From an uncultured virus (IMG/VR IMGVR_UViG_3300032820_000005) (lineage: Duplodnaviria > Heunggongvirae > Uroviricota > Caudoviricetes): a stretch of 64,000 nt of DNA. The notes beneath the pieces are model-generated. The model made no database searches. It was not told the origin of the DNA and was given only the letters and a program-made list of their open reading frames with translations. The translations under genes and the position numbers were made by a program. Below are positions 57,543-64,000 of this stretch, one piece after another. The first letter of the stretch is position 1. Each line of letters opens with the position of its first letter. Where the stretch lies: the IMG/VR virus record IMGVR_UViG_3300032820_000005; one strand, 5' to 3'.

Positions 57543-57851
57543 GGTTAATTTCACTTTTTTGACCTATTTTACCAAAAAAAATAAAAAAATATTTTTCTGA
57601 TGGTTTTTTGAAAACTTCTGCAGTCGTTTGGGCGCGTCTAGCCGAACTTGGGGGTCGATTTTTGTGAAGATCTCATATGACTGTCCTTTTGACATATTTG
57701 AGAAATCTCAAAAATCATGTGAAAAGTTAAAAATCGAGCATTTAGCTAAAAATGTGTCAAAAAGCGCTTTTCTGTGAAATTTCAGCTTTTCACCGATTTC
57801 CCAAATATGCCCAAAAAGCGTGCAATTGCTCATTTTTTGTGCATTTCCTCG

Positions 57852-58012
57852 AATCACAAACCATGCCAAGTCGAAAATCCACTTTTTTGAGCTTTTCTGT
57901 AAACATTTTGTAAAATTCTGTGAATCACAATGCGTGCCAAGTTTTTTCAGCTTTTCTGAAAATATTTTCAGCTGCTTTTCAGTCGAAATACCCAAATCAC
58001 AAACTGTGCCAA
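57852..58012. repeat. Three regularly spaced direct repeats AATCACAA-N4-TGCCAA
   Basis: Copies start at 57852, 57923 and 57995 (periods 71 and 72 bp) among A/T tracts. Confidence 0.75.
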
Positions 58013-58164
58013 CTTTTTTGTTGAAATCGAGCTGCTCATGAGCTGAAATTTCATTTTCGACTGAAATACAGCTGTTTTGGTCTGTTTTGAGTATTTTTAT
58101 GTCATTTTTGGTCATAATTGATCGCTTTTGGACTAAATGTCTTTTCTGAATGATGTACAGAGTA

Positions 58165-58194
58165 ATTATACCATACGGCGCTACCCTTTGTCAA
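58165..58194 (-). promoter_or_regulatory. Sigma70-type early promoter
   Basis: TTGACA-N18-TATAAT, pointing into the repeat region. Confidence 0.8.
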
Positions 58195-58278
58195 GGCTAT
58201 TTTCACATTTCGACCAAATTAATTTGAGATATTGTAAAATAGGAAATGGTCAAGCTGTCAGTGGTTTTTGGTGGGCAG

Positions 58279-58318
58279 AGAAAAAAGTTGACACGGCTCT
58301 AATGCTATGTCAACTTCT
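58279..58318 (-). terminator. Probable rho-independent terminator
   Basis: Minus strand AAGTTGACAT-loop-GTGTCAACTT followed by a T-run; G-U pairs favour the minus strand. Confidence 0.55.
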
Positions 58319-58459
58319 CGATTTTGGATGTTGGGTATATGTCAAATCCAGTGGTGGCGTGTGTTTGAAGGTGTCAACAAAAGTTTTCCTGTGTGTTGGG
58401 AACATCAAGAGTACTGCCACCAAGACATTCCATCCGATAAAACCACCTAAACAGGTTTT

Positions 58460-58858
58460 TTACGCCTTTTTTAATTTTCCTTCTCTGCTATACACTTTTA
58501 CACTTTTATCAGGTTTTCTCAAAAATATATCACCAGGCTCCCAATCACAATATTTTGACAGTCCTTCATTTCGTTTGACATTCAACGAAAATGCTGTCTG
58601 CTTTCCTGTAACCTTAGTATCATTAATTAAAATCCTTTCATCATTGCCTAAATTATACAATATCATATCATACTCTATACCATTCTTGGCTAATGCTTCT
58701 TCTGTAGACTTACCTTCTGAATCATGCCTAGCTGTTGTCAAGATTATCATATCATCATTTTCATAGATATTGTCTAAAAACTTTTTAGCTCCATCTAATA
58801 GTTCATTTGTGTCATGTTTAAATATTGTGCCATCTATGTCTATAAAATAAGTCTTCAT
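58460..58858 (-). CDS. Small HAD-superfamily phosphatase-like protein
   Basis: YFIDIDGTI, ILTTAR, ILINDTK motifs. Confidence 0.8.
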   Translation of the reverse strand: MKTYFIDIDGTIFKHDTNELLDGAKKFLDNIYENDDMIILTTARHDSEGKSTEEALAKNGIEYDMILYNLGNDERILINDTKVTGKQTAFSLNVKRNEGLSKYCDWEPGDIFLRKPDKSVKVYSREGKLKKA

Positions 58859-58870
58859 ATTTGTATACTA

Positions 58871-59338
58871 TTATGTTCTAGCAATTGCGTCCTTGCCTGG
58901 TAATAAATCTGGAAATGCTTGATTTACTAATCTACTTGTTAATCCCTTATAGGGCAATTTCTTTTTAACTACATTTAGCAGCAATTTTGCTTCTGTTGGG
59001 TGTAATCCTTCTAATAGTTGAATAAATTGATTTTCTGCTTGTACTTGTGTTATGTTCTGTGATTGATTTGTAGGTCGATTATCAAAATTAGCAAAGCGGC
59101 CGATTCTTAGTGCTTCTCTTTCTAATTGTAAATCTGCTAAATCCCAATCTGGCGCGTCGTGTTCCTCATAAGGCGGCGGAGTTGATGGAATATTCCATTG
59201 TACCCTTGAATCATATGCTCCCCGCAAAACGGCTTTTAGACCATCGGTTTCATATTGCTGCAAGACTTCTGCTTTTTCTGCTACTTTGGACGCTTCTTCT
59301 ACTTTTGTAAATATTTCGTGTAATGATATATCGCTCAT
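58871..59338 (-). CDS. Conserved T4-like phage hypothetical protein
   Basis: FIQLLEGLHPTEAKLL...YKGLT..LV..AFP motif, commonly found next to rnh in T4-like phages; AGGAG RBS. Confidence 0.75.
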   Translation of the reverse strand: MSDISLHEIFTKVEEASKVAEKAEVLQQYETDGLKAVLRGAYDSRVQWNIPSTPPPYEEHDAPDWDLADLQLEREALRIGRFANFDNRPTNQSQNITQVQAENQFIQLLEGLHPTEAKLLLNVVKKKLPYKGLTSRLVNQAFPDLLPGKDAIART

Positions 59339-59386
59339 GTGAATAATTTCTCCTTCTGTGTGTGTCTAACTTTATGTTGACGACAA

Positions 59387-60238
59387 CTAGAATTCTCCTA
59401 GATGTTCAGTTAGATTTTTCAAATTGAATTTTGTAAAATACTTGATTAGGTATTTTCTTGACTTGTCTAGTTTTTGTATAGATAATTGCTCTAGGCACTC
59501 TTTTTTTAATATAGAGGGCGTTTTCGATAAATCTATTAGCATTTCGTTTCGATGAAATTTCGGTAGTGTCTCATAGTCGCAGAAAATTTCTGGTTCTAAG
59601 TCCAACCACTGCTTGACTTTGCCAGCTGATAATGGCGTTTGTCTGACGCCATTGACAAATGAAGTATCTTCTGATAAAATGTTAGGAATCCCATCGCCTC
59701 GATCACCACGTAAGATTTGCTCTTTTAAAAATTTGACAGGATCGGGTTGTCTAATAAATTCTTTCCGCATGGGATTAAATTGATGCACGTTGTCAAATTT
59801 TTGTAATTGTTGAAAATCCTTGTCACCTGATAAAATCAGATTGTCTAGTTTTTCATCTTTTTCTGCATAGCATATGGTGCCAATTAAATCATCGGCTTCT
59901 GCTCCTTCTACCTCGATTACTGGATAGGGAAAATATTCATATAGTTCATCCTTGATTTGGTTTAAATTTTGAAATAGTAAATTCCAATCTACGTTAGTGC
60001 GTTGACGGGTAATTTTACGGTTAGCCTTATAATGCTTGAAATATGACTTTCGCCAATTTTGCCTTGAGTCGCAGCATATCACCAATTCACCATATTGCGA
60101 ATTGAATTTTTGTCTGTGACTACGTAGCGAATTTAGCACCATATGTCGGATTAAGTCTGTTTCGATATCTCGATTTTGGGAAGGTTGAGCCATAATGTTA
60201 GATATGAACACCTGGCTATAGTCAACTAATATACTCAT
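59387..60238 (-). CDS. rnh: T4-type RNase H (5'-3' exonuclease)
   Basis: ILVDYSQV, IRHMVLNSLR, YKANRK, AEADDLI, ILSGDKDFQQLQ, GDRGDGIPNILS. Confidence 0.95.
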   Translation of the reverse strand: MSILVDYSQVFISNIMAQPSQNRDIETDLIRHMVLNSLRSHRQKFNSQYGELVICCDSRQNWRKSYFKHYKANRKITRQRTNVDWNLLFQNLNQIKDELYEYFPYPVIEVEGAEADDLIGTICYAEKDEKLDNLILSGDKDFQQLQKFDNVHQFNPMRKEFIRQPDPVKFLKEQILRGDRGDGIPNILSEDTSFVNGVRQTPLSAGKVKQWLDLEPEIFCDYETLPKFHRNEMLIDLSKTPSILKKECLEQLSIQKLDKSRKYLIKYFTKFNLKNLTEHLGEF

Positions 60239-60242
60239 AATT

Positions 60243-60572
60243 TTATTTTTTAATCAATGGATGCTCTAATCCAATTTCACGATACATCAATGCTCTTAGA
60301 AAATCCACTAGTGCATTGAAATCTTTAACAAATCCATCACTCTCTATATCGAAATTATTTTCTTTAAGTATAACTAAAGTATGCGTACAACATTCAGCTA
60401 AAACCTGCTCGACATATGGTTCTGGCTCATCTGGATATACTAGTGGAATTTCAACTTCCTCATAATTGCAACTTGGATGGATTATAATTTTATCATCATC
60501 CATATAATTCTCCATATACAAATATTTATTCCATTTGATATAAGCTATAGCTGCAAGTAATTTCATGGCCAC
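60243..60572 (-). CDS. Hypothetical protein
   Basis: ORF between the SET gene and rnh; the true start is probably an internal Met. Confidence 0.55.
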   Translation of the reverse strand: MAMKLLAAIAYIKWNKYLYMENYMDDDKIIIHPSCNYEEVEIPLVYPDEPEPYVEQVLAECCTHTLVILKENNFDIESDGFVKDFNALVDFLRALMYREIGLEHPLIKK

Positions 60573-60876
60573 ATTTTATATCTTGGATTGTAAACAATTT
60601 CTTTACTATCAAAAAAATTGTAGAAGATTTGACTACTGGTTCTAACTGATAAAGTTCAGTACCTTCAATCAATGTACAATTTGGTTCATCACTATGATTG
60701 TAAAATCCGCCTAATGGTGTTCTACAATATCCTTGTGGAAATCCAGGCAATTTGACATGGGCAATACCCAAATCACAACCAGAGTATATATTAGATGTAG
60801 CAAATATACCTAAACCATGTATATCAGATTTTTTAATTGTAAGACAGGGTGGTAATGGTGTATACATTTTTGTCAA
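60526..60876 (-). CDS. SET-domain protein (lysine methyltransferase fold)
   Basis: SDIHGLGIFAT, GFYNHSDEPNC, QDIKCGHEITCSY signature motifs. Confidence 0.88.
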   Translation of the reverse strand: MTKMYTPLPPCLTIKKSDIHGLGIFATSNIYSGCDLGIAHVKLPGFPQGYCRTPLGGFYNHSDEPNCTLIEGTELYQLEPVVKSSTIFLIVKKLFTIQDIKCGHEITCSYSLYQME

Positions 60877-61139
60877 CGTTGGCCATTTATCAGATTGTCT
60901 ACTTTTAAGTTTAAAATTCTGATGGTACGCAGCAATGAAGTAATATTTTCCTTCAATTGTTGATTTTCATTCTTCAGTTGATGGACTTCACCTCGCAATG
61001 TAGATGATTCTCTCAAATTTGATCTTTTGACCAATCCTAAAATACCCGTATCGGTTCTTCTTTTTAGCATCTTTTTTACGCTCCGCATACAACTATACAT
61101 AATCCCAATATTATAATAAGTCCGATTCCTACTATCCAA
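60873..61139 (-). CDS. Small coiled-coil hypothetical protein
   Basis: Heptad segment; start uncertain. Confidence 0.45.
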   Translation of the reverse strand: MDSRNRTYYNIGIMYSCMRSVKKMLKRRTDTGILGLVKRSNLRESSTLRGEVHQLKNENQQLKENITSLLRTIRILNLKVDNLINGQR

Positions 61140-61161
61140 TAATATCCTTCAGTAACCATTT

Positions 61162-61509
61162 TTATTTCCTTGCATATAAATCATACTGTTCTGGCCATCC
61201 CGTCTGCATTTTAGCATGTTCTTCTTCTGTGCAACTTCTGTCTAATGGAACATTGCTAGTATCATCTTTATATTCATATCCATTGGCAACCAAATAAGTT
61301 TCTAATTCTTCACCGCTAATATCGGAAAGTATCAGATTGTCATCTAATTGTATACAAGGCTGATTTGTCTGCCCTGTTTTTTCCACCATTTCATGAAAAT
61401 TTACAGGATCGTGTATTTGGCGCTCTTCATATTGTATGCCATACTTTGACAGAACTTCTCTTACTCCGCGACTCCAACCACACTGCTTTTTTAAATATGC
61501 TATTGTCAT
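61162..61509 (-). CDS. Glutaredoxin-like protein (CGWS active site)
   Basis: CGWS, YEER.I, EMVEKTGQ..QP thioredoxin-fold pattern; AGGAG RBS. Confidence 0.8.
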   Translation of the reverse strand: MTIAYLKKQCGWSRGVREVLSKYGIQYEERQIHDPVNFHEMVEKTGQTNQPCIQLDDNLILSDISGEELETYLVANGYEYKDDTSNVPLDRSCTEEEHAKMQTGWPEQYDLYARK

Positions 61510-61524
61510 TGTTGTTCTCCTTAT

Positions 61525-61785
61525 TTAAAACCCCCTAAAATTCACATCTCTAAATGGAATTATAGTATCTACTGGTTTTGCTGATAATTTCTTTCTTAAT
61601 GATTGTATCTCTGAATTCAAAAAATTAATTTTATTTTGGGTATTAGCAACATTTGATAAACGATCATTTTTAATCGTTTCCGCCAGCTTTACTACTTCTT
61701 CTCTTTTACTAATTAACAATTTTCTAATTTCACCTTTATTCATTACAATTCCCTCATGTATAGTATGGATTTTCGCCTTCTTCAT
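61525..61785 (-). CDS. Hypothetical protein
   Basis: ORF between nfuA and the Grx gene; probable start at MNKGE. Confidence 0.5.
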   Translation of the reverse strand: MKKAKIHTIHEGIVMNKGEIRKLLISKREEVVKLAETIKNDRLSNVANTQNKINFLNSEIQSLRKKLSAKPVDTIIPFRDVNFRGF

Positions 61786-62344
61786 GTTCTGTTATATCAT
61801 CAATTCTTGTTATCTCTGGAAATTCTGCTAATATCTGCTGCTCGACTCCATATTGTAAAGTAGTACCAGATGATGAACAACCTTGACATCCACCTTTCAT
61901 TTCTATATACAGTACACTGGCCTCTACTCTAATCACATCAATTTTCCCGCCATGAGAAGCTATCATAGGATTAATAGTAGAATCTAAATGCTTAGTAATT
62001 CTTTGCTCTATTTCACTGATTTCTGGTACATTAGGATTTGTAATTACAAAACCTTCATTATTCAAATCTGTCTTATAATCAATAGTAGCACCATTCACTT
62101 TCTCTAAAGAATTTTCATCAATTACCATATCAAATTTTTCTAAATTGAAAAAATTGTCATACCGATGCTCTATTTCATTTTTTCTAATATCCAACCCCAT
62201 CTGATAATCAAACTCAGTAGAATTTTGACCCGTTACCTTTAATCTGAATAAGGTATCTTTTGGTATCATGTTTTCAGATTCAATTACACTGAAAATTTTT
62301 GCAATTGCTGTTTCAGTTACTTCTAATTCAATATCTGGTATCAT
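61754..62344 (-). CDS. nfuA: Fe-S carrier NfuA (degenerate A-type domain plus Nfu domain)
   Basis: [15 protein letters not shown]...[37 protein letters not shown]. Confidence 0.9.
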   Translation of the reverse strand: MIPDIELEVTETAIAKIFSVIESENMIPKDTLFRLKVTGQNSTEFDYQMGLDIRKNEIEHRYDNFFNLEKFDMVIDENSLEKVNGATIDYKTDLNNEGFVITNPNVPEISEIEQRITKHLDSTINPMIASHGGKIDVIRVEASVLYIEMKGGCQGCSSSGTTLQYGVEQQILAEFPEITRIDDITEHEEGENPYYT

Positions 62345-63720
62345 CCTACACTACCTTCCATTTGTAGTTGAATTAATTTATTAAGTTCCATTGCATATTC
62401 CATTGGCAATTCCTTGACCAACGGTTCTATAAAACCATTAACGATCATAGCTGATGCTTCCATTTCTGAAATACCCCTACTCATAAAATAAAATAATTGT
62501 TCTTCACCTATTTTGCTAACAGTAGCTTCATGCTCTATGTTGACTTGATCATTGTCTATCTCTATATACGGATATGTGTCAGATTGTGATTCTTCGTCTA
62601 ATATCAATGCATCACATACTACGCTAGATTTTGAATTGTCCGCATTTTCACTAACTTTAACCAATCCGCGATAACTAGTTCTACCACCGCTTTTGCTAAG
62701 AGATTTTGATACAATTTTAGATGTAGTATTTGGTGCATTGTGTACAATTTTGCCACCAGCGTCTTGATGCTGATTTTTGCCAGCAAAGGCTATTGACAAA
62801 ACTTCACCGTGTGCGCCTTCTCCATTTAAATATACACTAGGATATTTCATTGTTACCCTACTACCCAAATTACCATCTACCCATTCCATTACTGCACCTT
62901 CTTCGGCGATAGCTCTTTTGGTTACAAGATTGTATACATTATTAGACCAATTTTGTATAGTTGAGTATCGTACTCTTGAATCCTTCATGCAAATAATTTC
63001 GACTACTGCACTATGAAGCGACGCAGCTGAATAAGTTGGAGCCGTGCAGCCTTCCACATAATGTACTTGTGAACCTTCGTCGGCTATAATCAATGTTCTT
63101 TCAAATTGCCCCATATTTTCAGTATTGATGCGAAAGTATGCTTGTAACGGATAATCTATTTTAACTCCTGGCGGTACATAGATGAAACTTCCACCTGACC
63201 AAACTGCAGTATTCAATGCTGCAAATTTGTTGTCTAATGGCGGAATAACAGTACCGAAATATTTTTTAAAAATTTCTGGATGTTCCTTGATGGCTGATTC
63301 TGGATCAGAAAAAATAACGCCCTGCCTGCTCAATTCTTCTTTCATATCATGATAAACAACTTCTGAATCATATTGACCGCCAGCACCAGCTAAGAATTTC
63401 TGTTCTGCTTCTGGAATACCCAACCTATCAAAAGTATTTTTAATGTCATCTGGTACATCATCCCAATCGGTGGCTGATTTTTCAGAGTGCGATACATAAT
63501 ACCTTATTTGATCAAAATTCAATTCTGACAAATCTGCACCCCAATCCAAATCATTTTTCTCTAAAAATATTCTATATGAATTTAAGCGATAATCCAACAT
63601 CCATTGCGGCTCATTTTTCAAATCAGATATTTGCTTAATAGTGGCAGATGTTAAACCTTTATCAAATTGAATTTTTGGCTTGACATCATCTGAAAATCCG
63701 TATTTGTAGTTATCTAACAT
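62341..63720 (-). CDS. sufB: Fe-S cluster assembly scaffold SufB
   Basis: [81 protein letters not shown]. Confidence 0.97.
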   Translation of the reverse strand: MLDNYKYGFSDDVKPKIQFDKGLTSATIKQISDLKNEPQWMLDYRLNSYRIFLEKNDLDWGADLSELNFDQIRYYVSHSEKSATDWDDVPDDIKNTFDRLGIPEAEQKFLAGAGGQYDSEVVYHDMKEELSRQGVIFSDPESAIKEHPEIFKKYFGTVIPPLDNKFAALNTAVWSGGSFIYVPPGVKIDYPLQAYFRINTENMGQFERTLIIADEGSQVHYVEGCTAPTYSAASLHSAVVEIICMKDSRVRYSTIQNWSNNVYNLVTKRAIAEEGAVMEWVDGNLGSRVTMKYPSVYLNGEGAHGEVLSIAFAGKNQHQDAGGKIVHNAPNTTSKIVSKSLSKSGGRTSYRGLVKVSENADNSKSSVVCDALILDEESQSDTYPYIEIDNDQVNIEHEATVSKIGEEQLFYFMSRGISEMEASAMIVNGFIEPLVKELPMEYAMELNKLIQLQMEGSVG

Positions 63721-63729
63721 ATTATGGGA

Positions 63730-63755
63730 AATGGGCGCTTATATAAGCGCCCATT
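63730..63755. terminator. Perfect hairpin between hsp20 and sufB (terminator or regulatory stem)
   Basis: AATGGGCGCTT-ATAT-AAGCGCCCATT; only a short U-run follows on the minus strand. Confidence 0.55.
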
Positions 63756-63762
63756 ATTTCCT

Positions 63763-63999
63763 TTATCCGTTTAGTATCTCTTTTTTTGTACTAATTGGAA
63801 TTTCTTGCGGTTTCTTAGATTCAGGAATGGCATTTAGTAAATTAATTGTCAACACTCCGTCAGCGAAAATCGCATCTTTGATTTCGATGGTATCAGCTAA
63901 CTTCCACTCAGTTTCAAAAGCGCGTGATGCTATACCCTTGTGTATATATTCACCATCATGTCTATCTTTGCTGCCTTTGACCGTCAGTTTACCTATCTC
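63763..63999 (-). CDS. hsp20: Small heat-shock protein Hsp20, C-terminal part
   Basis: Manual translation: KLTVKGSK...YIHKGIASRAF...LADTIEIKDAIFADGVLTINL...IPESKKPQEIPI. Confidence 0.9.
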   Translation of the reverse strand, partial: EIGKLTVKGSKDRHDGEYIHKGIASRAFETEWKLADTIEIKDAIFADGVLTINLLNAIPESKKPQEIPISTKKEILNG

Positions 64000-64000
64000 A

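Noticed and set aside
56780..57560. CRISPR array
   Set aside because: The repeats are sigma70 promoter cassettes with long, irregular, ORF-containing intervals.
57708..58115. 135-aa ORF as a real gene
   Set aside because: No clear RBS, and its composition appears driven by A/T tracts and DNA repeats. Not fully excluded, because a promoter lies upstream.
58137..58766. 209-aa plus-strand ORF
   Set aside because: Antisense to the HAD gene and crosses a promoter and a terminator-like hairpin; no motifs.
62341..63720. Intein or intron in sufB
   Set aside because: The ORF is continuous, of normal length, and lacks splicing motifs.
1..64000. Stop-codon reassignment
   Set aside because: Core genes are full length under the standard code, and TAA, TAG and TGA all occur as stops.

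Overview
A 64-kb, AT-rich segment of a large T4-like myovirus genome. Nearly all genes are on the minus strand; one plus-strand block lies at 29.2-34.1 kb. In order: a partial tail-fibre gene; a sugar-modification cassette (HAD-type phosphomannomutase, two radical-SAM enzymes, glycosyltransferases); the baseplate/tail module (VrlC-like protein, gp8, gp7, gp6, gp25, PAAR, gp5, hub, gp53, gp48, then gp4, gp2, gp54, gp26, gp51, tape measure); gp32-gp59-gp33; an accessory island with a phage-encoded flagellin, a trypsin-like protease, a SemiSWEET transporter and a circularly permuted two-piece tmRNA gene; an exonuclease, a GH108 lysozyme, three LamG paralogs, thyX and DNA ligase; many small early ORFs and a CobS/CobT-like pair; a cluster of near-identical sigma70-type promoters beside a regularly repeated non-coding region (candidate origin); RNase H and a SET-domain protein; and an Fe-S biogenesis cluster (Grx-like, nfuA, sufB) next to hsp20. 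The most striking items are the flagellin island and the permuted tmRNA. All calls come from motif recognition and synteny by eye; no database searches were run.
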